From NCBI GenBank assembly GCA_021771715.1, contig JAETOO010000013.1, forward strand, positions 20,553 to 84,552: a stretch of 64,000 nt of DNA, given 5' to 3'. Shown here one piece after another: positions 56,257-64,000 of the stretch; the stretch's first letter is position 1, and each line of letters starts with the position of its first letter. Both the position numbers and the translations under genes were made by a program. A model generated the notes under the pieces. It was not told where the DNA came from. It searched no databases and was given only the letters and a program-made list of their open reading frames with translations. Source of the DNA: Oscillospiraceae bacterium (GTDB taxonomy: Bacteria; Bacillota; Clostridia; Lachnospirales; Lachnospiraceae).

Positions 56257-58638
56257 ATGCATCCGAACAAATTTTCCGTGAGGTGGCATTTTCGGGAGCA
56301 ATCATCGGGAACGCTGATCTACAAGAAAAAAATAAAATTGCTTCTGATCGCGGTGCAGGCGCTCGCCGCGGCTGTGCTGGCGTACTGTCTGCTGGACATC
56401 GGCTTCTGGATGGAGGATTCCTACAGCCTCCGCGAGATGGCGAAGAGCTATGAGGAGACGGATCTCTTTTTCCGGCAGATTGACACGATCCTCGCGCACA
56501 AGATCCGCGCGCAGGAGAACGACGCACTGTTTGAGGAGAACGGGGAATTCTGCGGTGAGAAGGAGATTGACATCCAGTCGTACGGCAGGGAGGGCAGCGC
56601 CGTCAAGGATATGAACACGACGTATCTGCTCTCGGACCTGCTTACCTTCTGCGAGAACGGCGGCTGGCAGGCGCTGCAGAGCGCGGTGGCGCAGGCGCAG
56701 CCGGCGGAGGGGCAGAAGGAGCCGGGGGAGGTGCTCGCCGCGCAGTCTGAGGCGCTCGAGACGATCCGCCCGGTGACGGGGATCTCCCTGGCGGAGTGCT
56801 CCCAGTGGTACTCGGACCCGGCGGAGTTTGTGGAGCGCACGTACGGGCGGCTCGCGCAGGTCTGTCAGGACATTTACGCGCGCTACGTCGAGTATTCCAG
56901 GGAGCAGGCGGAGAGCTGGTCTCCGGACACGCCGGGGAATCTGCGCTACTGCATCGAGAATACGGCGACCGGGGAGCTGTACACGAATCTGGGCGCGGCG
57001 AGCTACGCCGAGGCTGTGGAGGCGCTGTACCGCGATCCGGAGTACACCGTGCTCTACGAAGGGGAGCGCAGCTTCAACATCATGGTGTCCAACCCGGACA
57101 ACGTGCTGAACGAGGCCGCCGCAAAGTGGTTTCTGAACGAGCGGTTTGTGAGCACGAACGAGCGGGTGCTGCTGGGCGTGAACCTCGCGTACCCGGTCAG
57201 CGATGAGCTGCAGCTGTACGCCGACTACTTTGCGAACCGCGAGGTGATCCTGTGGTGGGCTGTGGTCGGCGCCCTGCTCTCGGCGCTGCTTCTGGTCACA
57301 TCGTTTGTGTTCTCCATGCTCGGAGCGGGGTGGGAGGAGGGCCGGCTGGCGCCGAAGCTCTACCCGGTCGACCGCGTGCCCACGGAGCTCGCGGCCGGGA
57401 TCTACCTGGTGCTCGCGGTGCTGGCCGCCGTCGGCATCAGCTTCCGGCCGCCCAACCCCAAGGAAATGCTCGGGGGCGAGCGGCTGCTCTGGGCGGCGGT
57501 GGCGTCCGCGATCTGGCTGCTGGTGCTCTCGGGGTGCCTGGGCTTCATGCGGCGGCTCCGGTCCCACAAGCTGTGGCACAACAGCATCAGCCGCATGCTG
57601 CTGCACACCTGGAAAAAGGTCACGGCGGCGCGGGCCGCGTCCGGGCGGCTGCTGTTTGTCTATCTCGGCGTCTTCGCGCTGAGCTTTCTTCTGCTGATCT
57701 TTTTCCGGGAGACGGGGATTCTCCTGGCGCTCGTGGTTAACCTGATTTTTCTGCTGTTTCTGCTGCGCGATATGGCGGGCAAGCAGAGCGTGTGGGACGG
57801 GATCTATCAGATCTCGAAGGGCGAGCTGACGTACAAGATCGACACGACGACGCTGACCGGCGAGTCGTACGAGATGGCGAAGGCGGTCAATGAGATGGGG
57901 GAGGGGCTGCAGGAGGCAGTCGAGGCGATTGTCAAAAATGAGCGGCTGAAGGCGGAGCTGATCACGAATGTTTCGCACGACCTGAAGACGCCGCTGACGT
58001 CGATTGTGAACTATGTGGATCTGCTGAAACGGGAGAAGCTGGAGGGCGAGCGCGTGCAGCACTACATCGAGGTGCTGGACCAGAAGTCGCAGCGGCTCCG
58101 CCAGCTGACGGAGGATCTGGTGGAGGTCAGCAAGATCAGCTCCGGAAATGTGGAGCTGGACATGGTGCGGCTCGAGGTGCGCTCCATGCTGGACCAGGCG
58201 TACGGCGAGTTCGAGGAGCGCCTGGAGGAGCGGCGGCTTGCGCCCGTGTGGGAGCTGCCGAAGCGCCCGCTGTTCATCTTGGCGGACGGCCGGCAGTTCT
58301 GGCGCGTGCTGGAAAATCTGCTCGGCAATATCTGCAAGTACGCGCGCGAGGGCACTGAGGTCCGGATCGCCGCCAGAGGGCAGGACGGCCAGGTGCGGAT
58401 CGAGCTGCAGAACACGACGAAAGAGCGGCTGACGGTCTCTGCGGAGGAGCTGATGGGCCGGTTCGTGCGCGGGGACCGCAGCCGGAACACCGAGGGCAGC
58501 GGCCTGGGCCTCTCGATCGCGCAGAGCCTGACGGAGCTGCAGGGCGGGACGTTCCGGCTCTCTGTGGAGGAGGATCAGTTCTGCGCGGTGCTCACGTTCC
58601 CCGAGGCGGCGTCGGAGGAGAACCCGCAGGCAGAGTAG
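56257..58638 (+). CDS. Sensor histidine kinase (HisKA + HATPase_c) with large multi-TM N-terminal sensor region
   Basis: H box 'ELITNVSHDLKTPLTSI', N box 'RVLENLLGNICKYA', G boxes 'GSGLGLSIAQ'. About 500 aa N-terminal with several hydrophobic segments. Confidence 0.88.
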   Translation: MHPNKFSVRWHFREQSSGTLIYKKKIKLLLIAVQALAAAVLAYCLLDIGFWMEDSYSLREMAKSYEETDLFFRQIDTILAHKIRAQENDALFEENGEFCGEKEIDIQSYGREGSAVKDMNTTYLLSDLLTFCENGGWQALQSAVAQAQPAEGQKEPGEVLAAQSEALETIRPVTGISLAECSQWYSDPAEFVERTYGRLAQVCQDIYARYVEYSREQAESWSPDTPGNLRYCIENTATGELYTNLGAASYAEAVEALYRDPEYTVLYEGERSFNIMVSNPDNVLNEAAAKWFLNERFVSTNERVLLGVNLAYPVSDELQLYADYFANREVILWWAVVGALLSALLLVTSFVFSMLGAGWEEGRLAPKLYPVDRVPTELAAGIYLVLAVLAAVGISFRPPNPKEMLGGERLLWAAVASAIWLLVLSGCLGFMRRLRSHKLWHNSISRMLLHTWKKVTAARAASGRLLFVYLGVFALSFLLLIFFRETGILLALVVNLIFLLFLLRDMAGKQSVWDGIYQISKGELTYKIDTTTLTGESYEMAKAVNEMGEGLQEAVEAIVKNERLKAELITNVSHDLKTPLTSIVNYVDLLKREKLEGERVQHYIEVLDQKSQRLRQLTEDLVEVSKISSGNVELDMVRLEVRSMLDQAYGEFEERLEERRLAPVWELPKRPLFILADGRQFWRVLENLLGNICKYAREGTEVRIAARGQDGQVRIELQNTTKERLTVSAEELMGRFVRGDRSRNTEGSGLGLSIAQSLTELQGGTFRLSVEEDQFCAVLTFPEAASEENPQAE

Positions 58639-58696
58639 GAAATCGTAAAGAAATCATAAGGTCTCTGAAATTTCTGTGAAATTCCGGTGGTGTCCG

Positions 58697-58725
58697 TTGA
58701 CATTCCGCCTGTTCGGCGGTAAAGT
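58697..58725 (+). promoter_or_regulatory. Candidate sigma-A promoter of the zinc-ribbon/DUF5685-like/J-protein/metY gene string
   Basis: TTGACA (58697-58702), 17-nt spacer, TAAAGT (58720-58725). Confidence 0.4.
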
Positions 58726-58768
58726 TTGAAGAGTACTACCTGAATTTTTAAAAAGTGGGGGATTTCAA

Positions 58769-59164
58769 ATGAGAAGAAGACTGGAACAGTTTATGCTGGG
58801 CAGATACGGCACGGATGATTTCTCAAAGTTCCTGCTGGCGCTCTGCCTTGTGCTGCTGGTGCTGAACATGTTTACGCGGGTGCAGCTTCTGTATCTGCTG
58901 GCGCTTGTGCTGCTCGTGTACTGCTACTTCCGCATGCTTTCGCGCAACATCTCGGCGCGTGCGGCGGAGAATCAGCGCTACCTCGACGGCACGGCAAACA
59001 TGCGCCGCACGCTTCGGGGCTGGAAGAACCGGGTGGTCCAGAGCAAGGACTACCATGTGTACAAATGTCCGTCCTGCGGGCAGAAGATCCGGATCCCGCG
59101 CGGGAAGGGCAGAATCTGCATCACCTGCCCGAAGTGCCGGACGGAGTTTGAGAAGCGCAGCTGA
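58769..59164 (+). CDS. Membrane-anchored zinc-ribbon protein
   Basis: One TM region ('FLLALCLVLLVLNMF...LLYLLALVLLVYCYF') and C-terminal 'CPSCGQKIRIPRGKGRICITCPKCRTEF'. RBS gtggggg. Confidence 0.6.
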   Translation: MRRRLEQFMLGRYGTDDFSKFLLALCLVLLVLNMFTRVQLLYLLALVLLVYCYFRMLSRNISARAAENQRYLDGTANMRRTLRGWKNRVVQSKDYHVYKCPSCGQKIRIPRGKGRICITCPKCRTEFEKRS

Positions 59165-59242
59165 GCATGTGCGGACCGTGCGGGAAGCTTTGGACGGTGA
59201 GGCGCATGGATGGAGGAAGATCGCAGCAGGTGAGAGCAGAGT

Positions 59243-60085
59243 ATGTTTGGATATATCTATGTGAATGAACAGGAACTCAAGGTGAAGGAGCTTACGGCAT
59301 ACCGCAGCTTTTACTGTGGATTATGCCGTAATTTGCATCAAAGGTATGGACGGACGGCGCAGTTAATGCTAAACTATGACCTGACGTTTGTCGCGCTGCT
59401 GCTCGCCGGGCTCTATGAGCCGGAGACTGCGGTGGCCGAGCGCCGCTGTCTGCCGCATCCGGTGAGACCGCACAAGATGGCGGAGAATACGGCGATCGAC
59501 TACGCGGCCGACATGACGGTGCTGCTGTCCTACCAGAAGCTGAAGGACAACTGGCACGACGACAAGAGCGTGCCGGGCTACATCGGCGCCGCACGTTTAA
59601 AGAAGGATTACCATCGGCTGATGGAGCGCTACCCGCGCCAGGGCAGGGCGATCGAGGAGAATATCCGGTTGCTCGGCGAGGCGGAGAAGCGGCAGGAGCG
59701 GGACATCGACTACGTGTCGGGGCTGACCGGGCGGTTTCTCGCGGAGATTTATGTCTGGCAGGAGGACATCTGGCAGGACGATCTGAGGAGGATGGGGTTC
59801 TATCTCGGGAAGTTCGTCTACCTGATGGACGCGCTCGAGGACGCCGAGAAGGACCGCAGGCGGGGCAGCTACAACCTGTTTTCCGAGGCCGGGGATGTCT
59901 GGAGCGAGGAGCAGGAGCCGAGGTACCGCGATATGCTGACCAGCGTGGCGGCGGAGGCAGCCAGGGCATTTGAGCGCCTTCCGGTGCTCACGCACGCGCC
60001 GATCCTGCGCAATGTCCTGTATTCCGGTATCTGGTGCCGGTATACGATGGTCCGCGACGGTTCGCGCAGGCGGAAACGGAAATGA
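59243..60085 (+). CDS. Conserved Firmicutes hypothetical protein (I believe DUF5685 family)
   Basis: 'MFGYIYVNEQELKVKELTAYRSFYCGLCRNLHQRYG...LNYDLTFVALLL' was recognised from memory. No catalytic motif known to me. Confidence 0.5.
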   Translation: MFGYIYVNEQELKVKELTAYRSFYCGLCRNLHQRYGRTAQLMLNYDLTFVALLLAGLYEPETAVAERRCLPHPVRPHKMAENTAIDYAADMTVLLSYQKLKDNWHDDKSVPGYIGAARLKKDYHRLMERYPRQGRAIEENIRLLGEAEKRQERDIDYVSGLTGRFLAEIYVWQEDIWQDDLRRMGFYLGKFVYLMDALEDAEKDRRRGSYNLFSEAGDVWSEEQEPRYRDMLTSVAAEAARAFERLPVLTHAPILRNVLYSGIWCRYTMVRDGSRRRKRK

Positions 60086-60121
60086 CAAACACAGCTACCA
60101 TTCGAATACTGAGGGAAGATT

Positions 60122-60865
60122 ATGAAAAATCCATATGAGATACTTGGTGTGCCGGAGAGTGCTTCTGAGGACGAGATCAAGAAGGCATACCGGAGGCTCA
60201 GCCGGAAGTATCATCCGGACGCAAACATCAACAATCCGAACAAGGCGCAGGCAGAGGAGAAGTTCAAGGAGATCCAGCAGGCGTACCAGCAGATCATGCA
60301 GCAGCGCGAGCAGGGCGGCAGCGGCTACGGCGGGAACAGCTATGGCGGGAGCAGCTACGGCGGCAGCGGCTATGGCGGGAACAGCTACGGCGGCGGGTAC
60401 GGCGGATTCGGAGGCTTTGGCGGGTTCGGAGGCTTTGGCGGCTACGGAGGCCAGGGCAGCCAGGGCGGCCAGAATACCTCCTGGTCTGAGTCGGATGTGC
60501 GCATGCAGGCGGCCGAGAACTATATCCGGAACCGGGCCTTTGCCGAGGCGCTCCACGTGCTCTCGGAGATCAGGGAGCGCAGCGCCCGGTGGTACTACCT
60601 GAGCGCGATGGCCAATTCCGGGCAGGGCAACAACATCATCGCGAAGGAGCACGCGCAGCGCGCCGCCGCGATGGAGCCGGGCAACGCCGTGTACCGGCAG
60701 CTCGTGCAGCAGCTCGAAAACGGCGGCCAGTGGTACCAGACGATGGGCGAGAGCTACGGGAACCCGTTTGAGACGAGCGGAGACTGGTGCATGCGGCTGT
60801 GCCTGCTGAACGCGCTGTGCAGCTGCTGCTGCGGCGGCAGGGCGATGCCGATTTTCTGCTGCTGA
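60122..60865 (+). CDS. J-domain protein with G/Y-rich linker, TPR-like segment and Cys-rich hydrophobic tail
   Basis: '[33 protein letters not shown]' with the HPD motif. '[22 protein letters not shown]' repeats. The final 27 aa contain 8 Cys ('[27 protein letters not shown]'). Confidence 0.85.
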   Translation: MKNPYEILGVPESASEDEIKKAYRRLSRKYHPDANINNPNKAQAEEKFKEIQQAYQQIMQQREQGGSGYGGNSYGGSSYGGSGYGGNSYGGGYGGFGGFGGFGGFGGYGGQGSQGGQNTSWSESDVRMQAAENYIRNRAFAEALHVLSEIRERSARWYYLSAMANSGQGNNIIAKEHAQRAAAMEPGNAVYRQLVQQLENGGQWYQTMGESYGNPFETSGDWCMRLCLLNALCSCCCGGRAMPIFCC

Positions 60866-60900
60866 TGAGGTGAACAGGGAGAGAGAAAGAGGAGGAAACT

Positions 60901-62184
60901 ATGAGCAATTATCGGATCGAGACAAAATGTATTCAGTCGGGCTGGCAGCCGAAGTCGGGGGAGCCGCGCCAGCTGCCGATTTACCAGAGCACGACGTTCA
61001 AGTATGACACGTCGGAGGAGATGGGAAAGCTGTTTGACCTGGAGGCGGACGGCTATTTTTACACGAGGCTCCAGAACCCGACCAACGACGCGGTGGCGGC
61101 GAAGATCGCAGATCTCGAGGGCGGCGTGGCCGCGATGCTGACGTCGTCGGGGCAGTCGGCGAATTTCTATGCGGTGTTTAACATCTGCGAGGCGGGCGAT
61201 CACGTCATCTGCGCGTCCGCGATCTACGGCGGCACCTTCAATCTGCTCGGCGTGACTCTGAAGAAGCTCGGCATCGAGTGCACGTTCATCGACGTGGACG
61301 ACGACGAGGAGACGCTCGAGCAGGCATTCCGCCCGAACACAAAGGCGGTGCTCGCGGAGACGATCTCGAACCCGGCCCTGGTCGTGCTCGACATCGAGAA
61401 GATGGCGTGCCTGGCACACCGGCACGGCGTGCCGCTGATTGTGGACAATACGTTTGCGACGCCGGTCAACTGCCGCCCGTTCGAGTGGGGCGCGGATATC
61501 GTGACGCACTCGACGACAAAGTACATGGACGGCCACGCGGCGCAGGTGGGCGGCGCGATTGTCGACAGCGGGAACTTTGACTGGGAGGCGTACGGCGACA
61601 AGTACCACGGCCTGACGACGCCGGACGAGTCGTACCACGGCATCACCTACACGAAGAAGTTCGGGAAGGGCGCCTACATCACGAAGGCGACCTCGCAGCT
61701 GATGCGCGACCTCGGCTCGATCCCATCCCCGATGAACTGCTTCCTCCTGAACCTCGGCCTGGAGTCCCTGCCGCTGCGCGTGGAGCGCCACTGCTACAAT
61801 GCGCAGAAGGTGGCGGAGTACCTGGACGCACATGAGAAGGTGGCGCATGTGAACTTTGCGGGCCTGCCGGGCGACAAGTACCACGCGCTGGCCCAGAAAT
61901 ATATGCCGAACGGGACGTGCGGCGTGATCTCCTTCGAGCTCAAGGGCGGCAGAAAGCCCGCGGTGCAGTTTATGGATGCGCTGCGGCTGGCGTCGATCGT
62001 GACGCACGTCGCGGATGCGAAGACCTGCGTGCTGCACCCGGCGAGCCATACGCACCGCCAGATGAACGACGAGCAGCTCGCGGCGGCAGGCGTGTCCCCG
62101 GGACTGATTCGCCTGTCTGTCGGTATTGAGCACGTGCAGGACATCATCGAGGATCTCGAGCAGGCGCTGGCGCAGGCAGAGTAG
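60901..62184 (+). CDS. metY: O-acetylhomoserine sulfhydrylase / aminocarboxypropyltransferase (PLP, Cys/Met metabolism family)
   Basis: 'PIYQSTTF', 'YTRLQNPT', 'VDNTFATP' and 'DIVTHSTTKYMDGH' (PLP lysine), 'RLSVGIE'. RBS agaggagg. Confidence 0.9.
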   Translation: MSNYRIETKCIQSGWQPKSGEPRQLPIYQSTTFKYDTSEEMGKLFDLEADGYFYTRLQNPTNDAVAAKIADLEGGVAAMLTSSGQSANFYAVFNICEAGDHVICASAIYGGTFNLLGVTLKKLGIECTFIDVDDDEETLEQAFRPNTKAVLAETISNPALVVLDIEKMACLAHRHGVPLIVDNTFATPVNCRPFEWGADIVTHSTTKYMDGHAAQVGGAIVDSGNFDWEAYGDKYHGLTTPDESYHGITYTKKFGKGAYITKATSQLMRDLGSIPSPMNCFLLNLGLESLPLRVERHCYNAQKVAEYLDAHEKVAHVNFAGLPGDKYHALAQKYMPNGTCGVISFELKGGRKPAVQFMDALRLASIVTHVADAKTCVLHPASHTHRQMNDEQLAAAGVSPGLIRLSVGIEHVQDIIEDLEQALAQAE

Positions 62185-62321
62185 AGAAGACTCCGGGCAG
62201 GCGCTGGCGCAGGCAGAGCAGAGAAGACTCCGGGCAGGCGCTGGCACAGGCAGAGTAGAGAAGACTCCGGGCAGGCGCTGGCGCAGGCAGAGTAGAGAAG
62301 ACTCCGGGCAGGCGCCTGCAC
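62160..62321. repeat. 37-bp tandem repeat, about 4.4 copies, starting 22 nt before the metY stop
   Basis: The unit gcaggcgctggcgcaggcagagtagagaagactccgg occurs at 62160, 62197, 62234 and 62271, with a partial copy at 62308. Copy 1 carries the true TAG stop (62182-62184). Copy 2 has CAG at that position. Confidence 0.93.
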
Positions 62322-62340
62322 GGGCCGGACAGAAGAAATC

Positions 62341-62389
62341 AAAAAAAGACCGGTGTGGATAGCCGCGTACCCATACCGGTCTCTTTTTA
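62341..62389. terminator. Bidirectional terminator between metY and mscL
   Basis: aaaaaa-agaccggt (62347-62354) ... accggtct (62375-62382)-ctttttag. Confidence 0.7.
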
Positions 62390-62494
62390 GCCGTGCAGGC
62401 TGTCTTATTTGCTGTATGCTTCAGCCTGGCGTGCGCTGCCATCGGGGCGTTTCCCGGGCGGTCAGCACAGTGGTCAGCGTGGCGGGCGCAAATC

Positions 62495-62929
62495 TCAGAG
62501 CTCCGACGCGCAGTGCGGACACTTGACGGCGTCCTTGTGGATCTCGGACTTGCAGAAGGGGCAGATCTTCGTGACAGGCTCCGGCGCGGGCTCCGGCTTG
62601 TGCAGCTTGTTGAGCCCCTTGATGACCATGAAGATCACGAACGCGGTCAGCAGGAACTGCACGATGATCTGAATGAAGTTGCCGTACGCGATGACGGAGG
62701 TAGCGGCCTTGGCCTCCTCGAGTGTCGCATAGTGGTTGCCGTCCATCGTGATCATGAGGTTGGTGAAGTCGATCTTCCCTGTGATCAGGGTGATGACCGG
62801 CATCACGATGTCATTGACGAGCGAGCCGACAATGTTGTTGAACGCGCCGCCGATGATGACGCCGACTGCCATGTCGATCACGTTGCCGCGCATGACGAAC
62901 TCTTTAAATTCTTTTGCGATGTTTCCCAT
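62495..62929 (-). CDS. mscL: Large-conductance mechanosensitive channel with C-terminal zinc-ribbon extension
   Basis: 'FKEFVMRGNVIDMAVGVIIGGAFNNIVGSLVNDIVMP' is canonical MscL TM1. The extra C-terminal 'CPFCKSEIHKDAVKCPHC' is present. RBS taaggag. Confidence 0.92.
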   Translation of the reverse strand: MGNIAKEFKEFVMRGNVIDMAVGVIIGGAFNNIVGSLVNDIVMPVITLITGKIDFTNLMITMDGNHYATLEEAKAATSVIAYGNFIQIIVQFLLTAFVIFMVIKGLNKLHKPEPAPEPVTKICPFCKSEIHKDAVKCPHCASEL

Positions 62930-63109
62930 GTCTCTTCTCCTTATGTAAAATTTGACTAGCCGCGGCAGCTTTGGCCGCAGGAGCCGTTTCCGGGCTGTCG
63001 CAGCTGACTGACGCCATTATAGCATGAAGGGCGGAAAAATGCTAGTTGCAGAATCGGTTTTATGCTATACTGTAACCGCTATCATCTGGCGAGAAAGGAA
63101 GTGGACGCT

Positions 63110-64000
63110 ATGCGTTTTATGCACATCGCGGACGTGCACCTGGGAGCGGCCCCGGACCACGGGTATCCCTGGGCGAAGGGCCGCGGGCGGGAGCTCTGGG
63201 ACAGCTTTCGAAAATGCATCGAGGATGCGAATGAAAAAAAGGTGGATCTGCTGCTGATCGCGGGCGATCTGTTTCACAGGCAGCCGACCGTGCAGGAGCT
63301 TGGCGAGGTCAACTATCTGTTCTCGACGCTTGAGAAGACGGTGGTCGTCCTGATCGCCGGGGAGCACGACTGTCTGCTGCCCTCATCGCCCGCCCTCGGC
63401 TTCCAGTGGAATGAGAATGTGGTCTGTCTGTTCGCGGACCAGGTGGAGCGGGTGCGGCTGCCGGAGCTGAAGACGGAGGTCTACGGGATGAGCTACCACC
63501 AGAGCGAGATCCCGGAGCCGCTGCTGGACGGGCTGGCGGCGGAGAAAAGCGACTGCTTCCGCATCCTGCTGGCACACGGCGGGGACGCGACGCACATACC
63601 GCTGGACAAGGAGCGGCTGATCGAGGCTGGCTTCGACTACATCGCGCTCGGCCATATCCACAGGCCGCAGGTCTACATCCGGAACCTGGCGGTCTACGCG
63701 GGCGCGCTCGAGCCGATCGACGCGAGCGATTTCAATGCGCACGGATATATCATCGGGGACGTGCAGCGCAAAAAGGTCAAGCTGTCGTTCGTCGAGACGA
63801 GCTGCCGTCAGTACCGGCAGGCGGAGATCGAGGTCACGGAGCTGGACACGCCGTTCAGCCTGAGGGAGAAGGTCGCGGCGGCGATCCGCGACGGCGGGGC
63901 GCAGCACATGTACCAGATCACGCTGATCGGGCCGCGCCACCCGCAGCTTACGCCGGACGTCCAGGAATATCAGAAATGCGGCCGGGTCCTCTCGGTGACG
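63110..64000 (+). CDS. SbcD/Mre11-family metallophosphoesterase (DNA repair exonuclease-like), 3' end beyond window
   Basis: Not in the ORF track (no stop before the window end). My translation: MRFMHIADVHLGAAPDHG...DLLLIAGDLFH...VLIAGEHD...ILLAHGG...DYIALGHIHRPQ. These are calcineurin-like phosphoesterase motifs. RBS gagaaaggaag. Confidence 0.8.
   Translation, partial: MRFMHIADVHLGAAPDHGYPWAKGRGRELWDSFRKCIEDANEKKVDLLLIAGDLFHRQPTVQELGEVNYLFSTLEKTVVVLIAGEHDCLLPSSPALGFQWNENVVCLFADQVERVRLPELKTEVYGMSYHQSEIPEPLLDGLAAEKSDCFRILLAHGGDATHIPLDKERLIEAGFDYIALGHIHRPQVYIRNLAVYAGALEPIDASDFNAHGYIIGDVQRKKVKLSFVETSCRQYRQAEIEVTELDTPFSLREKVAAAIRDGGAQHMYQITLIGPRHPQLTPDVQEYQKCGRVLSVT

Noticed and set aside
60866-60900. 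Expected SAM riboswitch or T-box upstream of metY
   Set aside because: Only 35 nt separate metY from the J-protein gene, which leaves no room for a riboswitch. metY appears to be co-transcribed with the upstream genes.
56302-62442. 586-aa and 562-aa - strand ORFs opposite the histidine kinase and metY
   Set aside because: They are shadow ORFs in GC-rich coding DNA with no motifs.

Overview
The window looks like a GC-rich Firmicutes (Clostridia-like) chromosome. This is inferred from gene content, AGGAGG-type RBSs and by-eye base composition; nothing was computed. Positions 1 to about 12.8 kb are the right-hand part of an integrated mobilizable element. It has Tn916-type integrase and excisionase at the right edge, a MobA/MobL (MOBQ) relaxase, a CHC2 primase-like protein, a VirE-family P-loop protein, DUF3847, a TTRAP-like protein, a RepA_N-like wHTH protein and an XRE regulator. 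It also carries visibly AT-rich cargo: a KAP-family P-loop NTPase cut by the window edge, an APH-fold kinase with an extra N-terminal region, and sigma region-4-only proteins. No T4SS or coupling protein is visible, and the left end lies outside the window. The remaining 12.8-64 kb is ordinary chromosome. In order it encodes LMW-PTP, dCMP deaminase, rplM-rpsI, a Pyridox_ox_2 protein, a secreted GH43+LamG enzyme and DUF134/NifX-like. Next come topB, a DAG-kinase-family lipid kinase, and a xylB / DUF4867 / FucI-family isomerase / galM cluster. These are followed by an HTH+membrane pair, eda, and a YesM/YesN-type two-component system with an ABC importer, two GH31 paralogs and YesL. The rest comprises type III glutamine synthetase, PucR and CdaR regulators, a URO-D-family protein, an S41 protease, a truncated sigma-70-like protein, pyk, an OmpR/HK pair, a zinc-ribbon / DUF5685-like / J-protein trio, metY, mscL and an SbcD-like phosphoesterase that runs off the right edge. 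I saw no rRNA, tRNA or CRISPR array. I cannot point to a complete new multi-gene system. The best leads are (i) the AT-rich cargo of the element (KAP NTPase, APH-fold kinase) and a 74-nt junction repeat that follows both AT-rich cargo blocks; (ii) at least five unrelated minisatellites sitting on or just after stop codons, plus one in-frame inside topB; (iii) a ~240-bp long inverted repeat enclosing two terminators; and (iv) a sigma-70 look-alike lacking the -10 and -35 recognition regions. Family names are from my own motif recognition and need HMM or BLAST confirmation.
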